The notes under the pieces were generated by a model, which made no database searches, was not told the DNA's origin, and saw nothing but the letters and a program-made list of their open reading frames with translations. A DNA stretch of 64,000 nt from Chiloscyllium plagiosum. Its lineage: Eukaryota. Below, one piece after another: positions 25,180-39,135 of the stretch. Each line of letters opens with the position of its first letter. Within the stretch, counting starts at the first letter, position 1. The DNA lies in the NCBI RefSeq assembly GCF_004010195.1, contig NC_057728.1, positions 52,530,401 through 52,594,400 of the forward strand, in the 5' to 3' direction. A program made the translations under genes and the position numbers.

Positions 25180-26684
25180 AGGTACTTTCTAAGATATGTG
25201 GGAAGCTAGACAAGTGATTGCTGGGCCCCTTGCTGAAATATTTGTATCATTGGTAGTCACACGTGAGGTGCCAGAAGACTGGAGGTTTGCTAACGTGGTA
25301 CCATTATTTAAGAAAGGTGGTAAGGACAAGCCAGGGAACTATAGACCAGTGAGCCTGACATCGGTGGTGGGTACGTTGTTGCAAGGAATTCTGAGGGACA
25401 GGGTTTACACACATTTGAAAAGGCAAGGACTAATTAAGGATAGCCAACATGGCTTTGTGCATGGGAAATCATGTCTCATGAACTTTATTGATTTTTTTGT
25501 AAAAGTAACAAAGAAGATTGATGTGGGCAGACCAGTTGACGTGATCTATATGGACATCAGTAAGGTATTTGACAAAGTTCCCCATGGGAGACTGGTTAGC
25601 CAGGTTAGATCTCTTGGAATACAGGGAGAACTAGCCATTTGGATACAGAACTGGCTTGAAGGTAGAAGACAAAGGGTGGTGGTGGAGGGTTGCTCTTCAA
25701 ACTGGAGGCCTGTGACCAGTGGAGTGCCACAAGGATCAGTGCTGAGTTCACTACTTTTCATCATTTATATAAATGATTTGGATGTGAGCATAAGAGGTGT
25801 AGTTAGTAAGTTTGCAGATGACACCAAAATTGAAGGTGTAGTGGACAGTGAAGAAGGTTACCTCAGATTACAACAGGATCTTGACCAGATGGGCCAACGG
25901 GCTGAGGAGTGGCAGATGGAGTTTAATTTAGATAAATGTGAGGTGCTGCATTTTGGGAAGGAAGTCTTAGCAGGACTTATACACTTAATGAAAAGGTCCT
26001 AGGGAGTATTGCTGAACAAAAAGACCTTGGAGTGCAGGTTCATAGCTCCTTGAAAGTGGAGTCGCAGGTAGATAGGATAGTGAAGAAGGCATTTGGTATG
26101 CTTTCTTTTATTGGTGAGAGCATTGAGTACTGGAGTTGAAAGGTCATGTTGCGGCTGTATAGGGCACTTTTGAAATTTTGCAATTTTGCCTATCAGAAAC
26201 TTGAAAGGGTTCAGAAAAAAATTACAAGGATGTTGCCAGGCTTGGAGGATTTGAGCTATAGGGAGAGGCTGAATAGGCTTGGGCTGTTTTCCCTGGAGCG
26301 TCGGAGGTTGAAAGGTGACCTCATAGAGGTTTATAAAGTCAAGAGGGGCATGGATAGGATAAATAGACAAAGGTGAGGGACTCCAGAACGAGAAGGCATA
26401 GGTTTAGGGTGAGAGGGAAAAGATATAAAGGGACCTAAGTGGCAACCTTTTCACACAGAGGGTGTTATGTGTATGGAACGAGCTGTCAGAGGAAGTGGTG
26501 TAGGCTGGTATAATTGCATTATTTAAAATGCATCAGGATGGGTATATGAATAGGAAGGGTTTAGAGGGGTATGGGCCAAGTGCTGACAAATGGGACTATA
26601 TTAGGTTGGGATATCTGGTCAGCATGGACGAGTTGGACCAAAGGGTCTGTTTCCGTGCAGTACATCTCTATGACTCTATGACTT
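25180..26684 (+). mobile_element. CR1 (HER1-like) LINE, RT domain to 3' end
   Basis: 268-aa ORF with VPEDWR, NYRPVSLTS, QHGF, KVFDKVPH, SGVPQGSVL and FADDTK, plus a (ctctatga)n tail. Confidence 0.95.
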
Positions 26685-27996
26685 TATGTTAGCAGAGTGT
26701 TGTATTCAGTCACTTTGTGAAAACATTTTCTTTGGGGATAATGGGTGAATATGTCAAAGGTACAATTCCAAATGTGAATTTTAATATCAGCTTCTTCAAG
26801 TTAGAAGAAACATACATTAAAAAGTCTTCACTGCTTAGCTCTGTCCCACTAATGTTCTCACTCCAGTGTTGTTACAGTGCTATACACAATCAGCCACTAT
26901 TTTTACTTCTGGCTAAATTTAATTGTGCGACTAGGCTAGAAGGTTCCTGTTAAATTATTTCCTGCAATTGTAATTTGGATTTTGTTTCTTTCTTTTCAAA
27001 ATAAAACTCCATCATTTTGACCAAAATATAAATGACTTTTAAAAACAGGAAGGAGCTCCGACTTATTGTTAAGTTTGATATTTATGTTTGGTCATTTACA
27101 CCATTTGGAAGGTTTACCTCAATACAAAAATGGTAAAGGTTACATCATTTCTGCACCAGCCTTGGCTGAATGCTTGCACTCTCACCTCTGAGATGGAAGA
27201 CTATTAGATCATTTATTTCTATTGTTCCTTCGTGGGATTCTATGCAAATAATGTTTAAAGAAATGCAAATAGGTGTCACTGGCGAGGCCAACATTTATTG
27301 CCAATCTCTAACTGCCCTGGAAAAGGAGACAGTGAGCTACCTTCTTGAACACCTGCAATCCATGTGGTGTAGGGACACCCTCAATGCTGTTAGGAAGAGA
27401 ATTCCAGGCTTTTGATCTAGCATCAAGGAACCATTGTACAATTCTCACTCAGATCATGTGAATTGAAGAGAAATTTGCTGGTGGTATCCTTACATCTCCT
27501 GCTTTTATCCTTCTCGGTAGTAGATGTTACAGGTTTGAAAGGTGCCGTTGAAGGAGCCTTGACAAGCTGCCATTGCGCACTGGTAGTGGAGAGAATCAAT
27601 GTTTAGGGTGATGAATAAAGTATCAATCAAATGGTCTAGCCAGTGTTGAGCTTCTTGAGTGTGATTGGAGCTGCACTTATCCAGGCATGTGGGGGCTATT
27701 CCATCCTGACACTCCTGACTTGTTGACATTTTGGGTGGTATTCAGACTCAAGGGAGTCAGAAGGTGACTTACTGTGAATATCATAGAATGTTACAACATA
27801 GGAGTCCATTCAATTTAATGAGTGTGCTAGCCCTTTGCCAGAAGTGTTAAAATTGCCCCATTTTCCTGTGTTTTTCTCCCATAGTCCTGCAAGTTAGTCC
27901 CCTTGAAGAAAATTTCTAATTGCCTTTTAAAGGTTTCAGTGGAATCTGAATCTACTATGCTTCCAGAGTGAATCCAAGATTTTTATAACACCCACT

Positions 27997-28308
27997 GGGT
28001 GACACAGTGGCTTGGTGGTTAGCACTGCTGCCTCACAGTGCTAGGGATTTGGGTTCAATTCCACTCTTGGGTGACTGTCTGAGTGGAGTTTGCACATTAT
28101 GCCTGTGTCTGTGTGGGTTTCCTCTGACCATCTAAAGATGTGTAGGTTAGGTGGATTGACTATGCTAAATTGTCCAGAGGTGTGGGCTAGCCATGGAAGA
28201 TGCAGGGTTACACAGATTAGGGGATGGGTCTGGGTGGGATGCTTATTGGAGGCTCAGTGTGGTCTCAGGCCGAATGGCCTGCTTCAGCACTGTAGGGGAT
28301 TCTATGAT
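27997..28308 (+). mobile_element. HE1-related SINE
   Basis: gtggttagcactgctgcctcacag..gggttcaattcc..cactgtagggg. Confidence 0.8.
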
Positions 28309-28841
28309 TCACCCTGAAATGTATTCCCATTATCCCTCAAATTCTTTGCCAATAATTGAAATTGATAACCCTGGTTGCCACCATGTTTACCTGCTGGACT
28401 TCTGTTTTGCAAGTGGTGGTGAAATCTTGGCCTAACACTTCAGTCAACATTGGTGACGTGCTACTGTGCAAGAGGTGCTGCCTTTTCAGATGGAATGATT
28501 TCTAACCTACTCTGCCTGGCTTCAGTCTTTTTACACCCTACCTCTATTGCTCTCCATCAAGTGCAATGTAGAATCAGAGCAGATGCCATGTAAGGTGGGC
28601 AGATACTTCCCTATCCGAAGTAGAAGCAGCATGCACTGGAGAAATCTGCACGTCTGGCAGCATCTGTGAAAAGAGAAACAGTTAGCAAAGCTGCCTCCTC
28701 TTCCGAAGAAAGCACTTCTACATCCCAAGAGGAGGAGAATCTGGAACGTTCTCCATTAAAAGACATTGGAGGCTGGGGATTGGATTCAGTCCCTCAGGCC
28801 AACTTCGCTGTTCAATTGGCATTATGGCTGATCTATTCCTC

Positions 28842-30400
28842 AGAGTCACAGAGTCATACAGCAAGGAAACGGACCCTTTGTTTCAACCAGTCCATGCCAA
28901 ATATAATCCCAGACTAAACTAGTCCCACCTGCGTGCTCCTGGCCCATATTTCTCCCAGCCTTTAACATTTCTGAATCTCTCATTATTTTATAAACTCTTA
29001 TCAGGTCACCCCTCAAACTCCCACGCTGCAGTGAAAGAAGTCCCAGCCTATCCAGTCTTTCTTTATAACTTAAACCTCCCATATCCAGCAACATCCTGAT
29101 AAATCTCTTCTGAACCCTCTCCAGCTTGATCATATCCTTCCCAAAACTGGGTGACCAGAACTGGACACAATATTCCAGAAGAGGCCTCACTAATATCCTG
29201 TACAACCTCAACATGACTTCCCAACTCCTATACTCAAAAGACTGAACAATGAAGGCAACAAAATTGAGATTGGTGGATGTTTGTCAGGCAAGAAGAACTA
29301 AAGATTATCAAATCTTAGGGTGCAGACCACAGTGAGAGAGGTTAAGGAGTCAGTTGTGGGTAAATTATTGCAAGTGATTTTAAAAGGTAGGGTTTGTGGA
29401 CAATTAGAGAGGCAAAAATTGATTAGGGATAGTCAGCGTGGTTTTGAGTGAGGAAAATCATATCGCACAAACTTGACTTTTTTGAGGAAGTTGCCAAAAA
29501 GATTGATGAGGGCAGAGCATCAAAAGTCGCTTTTAACTTTTTAACCATCCTGTCTATATGTGATCCAAACTTCAAAGAATTATGTACCTGAACCCCTAAG
29601 TCCCTCTATTCTACAACACTACCCAAGGCCCTACCATTAATTGCATAACTGGAAGAAAGTGAGGACTGCAGATGCTGGAGATCAGAATTGAGAGTGTGGT
29701 GCTGGAAAAGCGTAGCCTGTCAGGCAGCATCCAAGGAGCAGGAGAATCGACTTTCCAGGCCTGATGAAGGGCTCATTGTATAACCACTATCCTTGTTTGT
29801 TTTAGCAAAATGCAATACCTCACATTTATCCAAATTGAGCTCCATCTTCCATTTCTCAGCCCATTGACCCATCCCTTTATAATCTTAGAAAATCTTCTTC
29901 ACTGTCTACCATGCCACCAATTTTGGTGTCGTCTGGAAACTTACTAACTGTGCCTTTTATATTCTCATCCAAATCATTTATATAAATGACAATCAAAAGA
30001 GGACCCAGACCCTGTGGAACACCATTGGTCATAGGCCTTCAGTCCAAAATGTAGCCCTCTACCATTACTCTCTCTCCTGCCATTAAACCAATTCTGTATC
30101 CAATTGGCAAGCTCACCCCGAATCCCAAGTGGCCTAACTTTACTAATTAGTCAACTATGTGGAACCTTGTTGAAGATTTTATGAAAGTCCAAGTAAAACA
30201 ATGTCTACTGCTCTGCCCTCATCAATCTTTTTGGCAACTTCCTCAAAAAAGTCAAGTTTGTGCGATATGATTTTCCTCACACAAAACCATGCTGACTATC
30301 CCTAATCAATTTTTGCCTCTCTAATTGTCCATAAACCCTACCTTTTAAAATCACTTGCAACAATTTACCCACAATTGACTCCTTAACCTCTCTCACTGTG
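28842..30400 (-). mobile_element. CR1 LINE (RT to 3' end) carrying an inverted duplication and a PLE insertion
   Basis: [35 protein letters not shown] on the minus strand; RT remnants continue to ~30400. Confidence 0.88.
29650..29774 (-). mobile_element. PLE family A terminal fragment
   Basis: gaaagtgaggactgcagatgctgg..., ending in an inverted cctgatgaagggctc. TSD attgcataac (29640-29649) / attgtataac (29775-29784). Confidence 0.8.
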
Positions 30401-33400
30401 GCCTGCACCCTACGCCTAAGATTTGATAATCTTTAGTTCCTCTTGCCTGACAAACATCCACCAATCTCAATTTTGTGACAGCAGCCAAAAAACTCAAGGA
30501 CTGACAGAAAATGGGCCCCAAGGGCAACCATTGAGCCAGGGGTCTGCCGTCTGCCACATTGGGATGGGGGTGTAGGAGATGTCCAAGCCTACACCAGCAG
30601 TGGGTAAGGGGCACACATTTCATGCCTGCCATCCACAGGTTGATTTGACTTGAAAACACCTTGTTCCAGTGCATTTGCCAGGGTTATCCAGCTCGCGAGA
30701 CTGATCCAAACAAAGCTCGACCTGGGAAGGGTTCATGCAGGACATCCTGAAGCAACACCAAGATTTCCATTAACAATCAGAAAATTTGTTTCAGAATGTC
30801 AACTGCATGATAAATATTGGTTTGAAAACTGGGAAAAATTTCTTTTTTTTCTTTGCAAGCTTAGACAGGGCCTCAATGCCATCTGAACGACAGCACCTCC
30901 AAATGAGTAACACCCTCCCTGATACAGTAATATAGACATCTGCCTTGGTCAGGAACTTGGATTCAAAACCTTCCTGACTCAGACATTGGAGTCACTGAGG
31001 CACAGCTTTAGGTCAGGTATGGAAATGAGGTAATCTGGAATACAAGCCTTTAGAACTTTTGCATTCCTTCCTGCCATTATGATGAAAGTAAAGTGACTCA
31101 CTTTGTTTTTAATAATCTGCAGCCAGCTTTGATCAAATAAGGAACAAGCAGTTTGTAATATATCAGCGTTGAGGAATGTTACAATGAATGATTTTTAGCA
31201 GTAGGAAGGGTAACTGATTAATTTGGAGCAGTTATGCCATTTCAACAAGAAGTCAGTGAATGGAAAATTGCTGATTGCTGGATACTTGAGTCAGAACGAG
31301 TCACAAGATCACAATCTCTAAATTTCTTCTATACAAATTAGGTCGTGAGTAATAGTATAACATGAATTCAAACACCGGCAATATATGACAGGCCTGGCTG
31401 CACCTGTGGTGACTGACAACAAGATCATAAACTTCTGCTATGAAAATGAGTTCCTGTATATAGGTATAACAAAGTAGAAAATGCCATAAAAATATTTGGC
31501 AGGTCAGGCTGCATTTCTAGAAAGAGTATTAATGGATAGGATTTTCCATTTGCAAATGGGTGGTCCATCCTTCCACACTGTAAAGTAATAAAGGGTTTGG
31601 TTGGTAATGTCATGGCACAGGTTCCCTCAAATTATGGAAGGTGAACCAGTTTGGAAATTGGCAGCTCACCCGTCATTTTGAGAGTATCAATTAACCAATG
31701 CTACTGATATAGCTCTACCAATCACAATCTTTCATTGCCTGTGGCACTTCTCAGGTGTTGGATATTTGTGAATCGTTCATGCCAGCCAAACTGAGGTGGC
31801 ACATAATTGGCAGGGCCTGGATCAAAGGCCCAGTAACCATGGCTCCATGCTTCATGCTGTGCTAAGCTTGGGAACCCAGGGTCAAGAGTCATGTCAGGAC
31901 CTGTGTCTGCCCTTAGGAGCATGGTTAAATGAAACAGCAGCTTCTGCTAGAGAAAGTGGCAATGTCCATGTGTTTTTGTTTGACTTTTTAAAAAACTGTG
32001 TTTTGTGCCTTCAATAACATTTAAAAGTTTGGTTCTGAGAGCAGGATACCTTTATAAGTCTAGCCTTGATTGACTTGGTGTTCATGACTTTACCCCTCTG
32101 CAGCACAATGTCCCAGCCCTCTATGGTTGTCACATGGTATCTTGGCAAAATAAAAAGTGCAGCAGTTATGATCTGAAATTGTTGAACTCAGTGCCGAGTC
32201 CAGAAAGTTCTAAACTGCCTCATTAAAAGCTGTTGTCAAATCTGAAACACAGGACAGAGAAGCTACAAAGGCTGGGGGTTTCCAAGGAGAATTTTGAAAC
32301 AGAAATGAATAGATTTTTGCTATGGGGGTGGGGGGGATTAAGGTTTACAGGGTCATGGTGGGTAAAGGGAGTCAATCATCTACAATCCAAATGAATAACA
32401 GAAAAGACCCTGAATGGCCTCTTTCTGTTGTCATTTAGCTCAGTCATTAGCTCAAGCTGGAGCTCCTTGTTACTCACATCGTTTATTTTTGTGTGTGGAG
32501 ACTAAACTTCCTTTTGTTTTAACATGGAAAATCTATCAGTGTCAAAATCTGAAGGGAAGTAAATTCAGCTGCAACTGAGTCTGTTTGGAAATGCTGTCAT
32601 CTACTTTACAAGATCAATTTTGGTCAGTCCATTGTCAAGAATCCTTCAGTTCTCTTTTCTCTCACACATAATTGATCATAGTTTAATATTATGGTAGTCT
32701 TTCATTACTGTACATGTGTGTGTGTGTCCAACTTATTTCAAATAATTGTCGTCCTGCAATGTTCAGTTCTTTGCTACTGTTTGGTTTCTGAGGGGCAATT
32801 CCCTCTGTGGTGATGGTGCGGACTGGTTTCATTATACATTTCAAAATTGCACGGTTCAATGTGTAAAATTTTGAAAGCCTAAAGGTTATATTTTCAATCA
32901 TTTGATGCAGAAGGAGAGAGAATTTCCAAAAGATCCGAATGAAACTGAGCTCCCACTTGCCTTGAGAGTAGAGATTAAAACACCCAGTGTCTTTATGTAG
33001 CTCCATTTCTTGGAACCCTGAGCAAGGAAGAAGGAAATTTATAATATTTTTAATCGGGACAGAGAATTTTATTTTCTCTTCTGGCAATTTTTAAAAATGC
33101 ATTCTTTCATGGTATTTGGGCAGGGATGGCTAAGCCACCATTTACTGTCCATCCCTAATTGCCCTGGGGAACGTGGCGATGAGTTGCTCTTGAACTGCTG
33201 CAGTCTTTGGGGTGCAGGGACACCCACAGCATTGTTAGGGAGAGAGTTCCTGGTAGTTAGGGAGGGAAACCCAATGAGACTGAAGTATATTTGGGTGATA
33301 TATTTCCAAGTTAGGATGGTGAATGGGAGGGGAACTTGCAGGAGGTGGTGGTCCCATGTATCTCATGCACTTGTCCATCAAGGCGGCACCGGTTGCAAGT

Positions 33401-33964
33401 TTGGAAGGTGCTGTTGAATGTGATTGGCTGTGATGCATCTTGTTGATGGTGCACACTGCTGCCACCTCCTGAGCGACGGTAGTGAGGGATTTGAAGATAG
33501 AGTGCTAATCAATTGGGCTTCTTTGTCTTGCTGGTGTTGAGCTCTTGAATGTTGTTGGAGCTGCACTCATCCAGGCAAGTGGAGAGTATTCCATCACATT
33601 TCTGCCTTGTATCTTATAAATCATGATTTTTTTAGGACAGTGATTATAGACAACATTTAACAACAATGATTGATTACCTGAATTGATCTCATTCTTCCTG
33701 ATTTAATAGGGGCATTGGAAGATTTATTTGAACTTCTACAAGGATCTTATATTTGAAATGAAGTTTTCATGAATTTGTCCTTTCCTGCCAATAGTATGTC
33801 TCTTAGATATCGGAACTGCTTGCATACAAAGAACATCTTTACACAATAAAATATCTTGAGGTGCATTCTACAGACATTAATTAATAAAATTTTACTCCAA
33901 GCCACTTAAAGGCATATTAGGATCAAGAGTCAAAATATTGGGCAAAGAGCTAGATCTCAAGTGA

Positions 33965-34035
33965 GGGGAGAGAGAGAGAGGGAGAGATGAAGAGATGAAG
34001 AGAGGGAGAGATGAAGAGAGGGAGAGATGAAGAGA
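33965..34035 (+). repeat. Purine-rich simple repeat (GAGAGGGAGAGATGAA)n
   Basis: Directly visible. Confidence 0.85.
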
Positions 34036-36599
34036 TTTTGAGGAGGGAAAGGAATTCCAGAGCTTAGGATCTGGGCAGCTGCAGTATGGTGGAGCAAATA
34101 AAACCAAATGTTCCAGGGATGCGGAGTTCTAGTTACATGGATAGACTGGTGGAATTGGGACAGTTCTCCTTGGAGGAATGATGGATTGAAGCAGATTTGA
34201 TAGAGGTATTCAAATGATGAGAGGACTTGGTAAGGTAGATTGAAACTGTTAGCTGTTGGCACAGGGCTGGAAAATCACAGGTCACTCACTTAAGGTGATT
34301 GACATAAACACTAACACTCTTTCGTAACCCTGTAAGTAGTAAGGATCTGGACTGAAGTTCCCTCAGATGGTGCTTAAGGAATACAACTGAGATCTTCAAA
34401 AGGGAACTAGAAAAGAATTTGTCGAGAAATAAGTATAAGGTAATGGGAATGAGATGAGCTGAATTGCTCTTGGTAATCTATAATGAGCAAAAAAAATTGA
34501 GTTAATTTTTTTGATTAATTCATTAGCTGCAAAGGTCTTTAAAGGAATAGCTTCTGGGAAGAAAGTTGTCATATCCACAATTGTAAGGATATACTGGTGT
34601 CCTACTTTGTTTCTCAGTAATGGTCCTCATGGTTAGCTTGGATGGCTGGTTTGCAATAATGCCAACAGCATGGGTTCAATTCCTGCCACCATCTGAGGTT
34701 ACCATGGCGGATTGTCCCTCTCAATCTCTCCCCTCACCTGAGGTATGGTGACCCTCAGGTTAAGTCACCAAATAGTCATCTACTTTTAAAAAACAGAGCA
34801 GTCCTATGGTTTGGTACGATTACAGTGACTTTACCTTACCCTTACACAAACCACTAACACAGTCTGAATGGTTCTTCAAAAGCTGTTGTAGGTATTGAAG
34901 ATGTCAATTTGAGGTTTTCCTGCAGCCTGACATTATGGCATGTTTTATAGTACAGATCCAAATAAAGTCTTGGCTAGGTGAAATGCCTATCTATTGCTTG
35001 CTTTCATTCAAATTCCTGTATGTCCTACCCACTCTAGGAATTTTCTGTGCCACTTACAACAACTTACAATGTCTAGGTGGAGCCACCATCTGAGGGACAA
35101 CTGTCCATTCCTCATCTGCAGGTCTGAGAGGGTACCTCCACTTCTCCATCAAAACTTTTATAACTCTTCGGAATGCCTTGAGCCTCCACTTCAGTATGAG
35201 CTGCCTGAGTTAACTTTCTTGGATCTATTTTCTGAACCTCAATTAGCAAAGACTCATTAAATACCTTTTCTGAACTATCTCCAGCCTTAAGGAAAGGTTC
35301 AGCCTCCCTAACATCTGCTTACGATATTACTGTGACCTCTGGTGATGATCTTTGTTTAGCCATTGCTCTGGTCACCAGACATGATGGAATATTTTCCTAT
35401 AACTGTTCTGTCTCTAACCTCATTTGGAATTTCCATGGTTATGGGTGATAGTCTAAACTTTATTCAGTTTAATCATTACTCAGGTGTAAATATAAATTTC
35501 ATTCGAATGTAATTTCTGAACAGTTTATACTACCACTTAACAAGTCACATTCTAATTTTACTTTATATATCCAATGAAACTGGGATACACTCTCCACTTA
35601 TCCCACTTAATAGCCCACTTAGGCTTTTGTTGAATGGAACATAGATCCAGTCAAAAAGGTTTGAGTAGCTCCTGTGTCTCTTAATATAGTTATGAGCTTA
35701 GCTGTAGTATTTGAAGAAAAAGGAGTATATTTCCTTTTGGCAGAAAACTTTCATATCTCTCATCTACCCTATTCACCTCACCTGTCCTCCTAGCATTAGT
35801 TTCCTGGTTGAGGTTAAAGTTGATTTGTGGTTTTAAGGATTAAACATCTTGTGGCTCTTTACACAGAACAGTAGGCAGCACTGACAATCAGGACAGTCTC
35901 ACAGGCATTTTAAAAGACAGACTTCCAAATCAAATAAATGAGTCGGAATGTCTAATATGTTCAAAATTCCACAAGTTCACGCACACTTTGGGAAAATAGA
36001 AATTCCAGTGTTCCCTAAATGGTTCTGGAGCTTCACCTCGTTCCTTGGTGGTCAGTATTGGGAACCTTGTTTTTCCTGACATCATCAATAATCTAGACCT
36101 TGACGTGCAGGGAACAATTTCAAAGTTTGCAGATGACACAAAATTTGGAATAATTTTAAACTGTCAGAAGTCTAAATTTCATATCTGCCATGGTGGGATT
36201 TGAATCTAGGCCCTCAGCACATTATGGGTTAATAGTTCTTTTTGTTCACTCACAGGATGTGAGCGCCACTGGCTACACTAGCATTTGTTGCCCACAGGGC
36301 AATTCGGAGTCAGCTACATTGCTGTAGGCCTGGAGTCACATGTAGGCCAGACTAAGTAAGACTGGCAGATTCCTTCCCAAAAGAACTTCAGTGAATCAAA
36401 TGGGGTTTTTTCCCCCCAATTCTTAATTTTAGTTTTTTATTGAATTCAAATTCCACCATCTGCCATGATAGGAGTCAACTTCAGGTCCCCAGAACATTAC
36501 CTGGGTCTCTGAATTAACAGTCCAGTGATAACAATACTGGGCCATTACTTCCTCTTAAATAAGCTGGTGATAATACCAATATACTATCACCTCCCCACA

Positions 36600-39135
36600 G
36601 TGAGAGTTTATTAGAAAGCTGCAATAATAATCTTGAGATATTTTAATCTAAACGTTGACTAGAAAAGTCAGATGGGCAAAAGTAGTCTAGGTGAGGAGTT
36701 CATAAAACGTCTTCACCATAATTTCTTAGATCAGCATGTTCTGGAGCTGACCAGAACACAGTCTATACTAAGAGTTGGTATTGTTCAATAAAATATGATT
36801 AATTCATAATCTCATAAAGAAGGTGCCCTTGGGTGGCAGCATAATATGATTACATTTTACAATCAATTTGAAGAAAAGACAAGTGCATTTGAGGCTATTT
36901 TTAGTTTTATTTTAACAAGGCCAATTATGAGGCCATGAAAGCAGAGCTTGCTCAAGTGAATTGCAAATTAAAGGATAGATCAACAGAAATAGAGTGACAG
37001 ACATTTAATGGAATATTTCAGAATTTACAGAATATATACATTCCAACCGATAAGAAAAATCCAAGGGATGAACCAGTACAAAGCTTAAAGAAAAATTGTA
37101 TAACTGTATAAAGACATGTGAGTGGAGAGAAGATTGGATAAAGCATAAAAACAGCCAAGAATGACCAAAAAAATTTAATAAAAAAGGAAAATTAGAGAGA
37201 AAGCTCCCAAGAAACATAAAAACAGATCACATGAGTTTCTATGAATTTCTAAAGAAACGAGTTAACAAATTGAGTGTTTGCCAATAAAAAGTGAAACTGG
37301 AAAATGGAAAACAGGGAAATGGAAGCTGAATTGAACAGTATTTAGCATTAGTGTTCACTATAGAGGAGACAAGTAACATTCCAGAACCAGCAATAAGTCA
37401 AGAAATGGAATGGAGGGAAGATGACAGGAAAACCATGATTACCAGAGAAATGGTACTGAGTAAATTGTTGGCAAAGTGGGCTTACAGATGTCCAGGTCCT
37501 TCATCCTAAATATTAAGTGTTTGGTGAGACAGTTGATTTTAATTTTCCAAATCTCATTTGATCTGGGATGGACCGACTAAACTGTAAATTAGTGAATGTA
37601 ACTCCTTTTTTCAAAAAGGGAGGTGGAAAGCAGGAAACTACAGGCCAGTCTGTCATGGGGAACATAATAGAATCTATTATTGAAGGAGTAATAACACGGC
37701 ACTTGGCTAAATTCATGGTAATCAAGTAGAGTCCTCTACTTGGGTTTCCTCCGGGTGCTCCGGTTTCCTCTCACAGTCTAAAAATGTGCAGGTTAGGTGA
37801 ATTGGCCATGCTAAATTGCCCGTAATGTTAGGTGAAGCGGTAAATGTAGGGGAATGGGTCTGGGTGGGTTGCGCTTCGGCGGGTCGGTGTGGACTTGTTG
37901 GGCCGAAGGGCCTGTTTCCACACTGTAAGTAATCTAATGTAATCTAATCTAGAGTCAACATGATTTTGTTGAAAGTGAAATAATGTTTGTTGAATCTGTT
38001 GGCATTCCTTGAGGAGGTAATTATTGTTGTAGTTAAAGGGCAACTGTTGGATTGGGTGTACTGTATGTATATTTCCAGAAGGCATTTGATAAGATGCCAT
38101 ATCACAGCTTATTCCAGAATATATAAGCTCATGGTGGAGGGATGGCAAATTCGCATGGATAGAAGATTGGCTAGCTAACAGGAAGCAGACAGTAGGTATA
38201 AAAGGGTCTTTTTTCAGGTGGCAAGATGTACAAACCTCAAGGATTGGTGCTGACAATTTACAATTATTTGCGATTTATATAAATGTCTTAGATGAAGGGA
38301 CAGAGATACAGTGACCAAATTTGCTGGTGACACAAAGGAATTAAGTTGCAAAGAGGACAGGTTACAAAAAGGTAGGCTAAGTGAGTAGGTAAAGTTATAG
38401 AAAATGGAATATAATGTGGGAAAATGTGAAAATGGCCCTTATGGCAGGAAGAATAAAAAGGCATGTAGATTGCAGAACCTCATGTTGCAGAGGGATCTGG
38501 GTCTCTTTGTGCACAAATTGCAAAAGGTTAGTATTGTATGCATGTGCATCAAATAGCTAGGAAAGTGAATACAATGTTAAAGTTGATCACAAGGGGAATT
38601 TTGTACAGAGTAGGGAGGTTATGCTTCATATATACAGGACACCAATGAGACTACATCTGGAGTATTGCCCATCGTATTAAGGGAGGATGTTCAGAGAAAG
38701 TTTACCAGATGAATACATGGAATGAGTGGATTACCTTACAAGGAAAAGGTGGACAGGCTAGGCTCGCACCTGTTGGAGTTCAGAAGAGTAAAAGTAACTT
38801 GAATTGAACATAAAATCCTGAGGGGTCTTGACAGAGTGGATGTGGAGAGGATGTTTGCACTTACGAGAGAATCTAGAAACAGGAGTTACTGTTTAAAAGT
38901 CAAGATTCACACATCCAAACAGAGCTTAGAGATCTTTTATCTCTCGGATGGTGGTCAGTTTTCAGAACTCTGAAAAACTAGTGAGAACAGAATCCTTAAA
39001 TATGTTTACTGCTGAGGTAAATAGATTTTTGTTCTGCAAGGGCATTTCAATCAGATGAGCCGGGTTCTTACTGAATGGTGCATCAAGCTCGGAGGACTGA
39101 ATGGCCTCTTCAGGCTTCTGATTTGTACGTTTGTA
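36600..39135 (+). mobile_element. Old, heavily decayed CR1 LINE ORF2, interrupted by an HE1 fragment
   Basis: Remnants NVTPFFKKG, GNYRP, QHDF, FDKMP, KFAGDTK, RLHLEYC and RLGSHLLEFRR occur in the expected order. Confidence 0.75.
37741..37950 (+). mobile_element. 5'-truncated HE1 SINE
   Basis: gggtttcctccgggtgctccggtttcc..gggcctgtttccacactgtaagtaatctaa. Confidence 0.85.

Noticed and set aside
32903..33000. LMQKEREF peptide resembling the KITLG C-terminus (MLQEKEREF)
   Set aside because: Short match, no other KITLG exons found, no stop at the expected place, and the strand is opposite to that expected from human synteny.
25067..35483. Signal-peptide-like or cytokine-like mini-exons (near 25067, 27049, 33710 and 35383)
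   Set aside because: Splice phases are incompatible or in-frame stops occur. Hydrophobic peptides arise readily from T-rich DNA, and there is no recognisable family.
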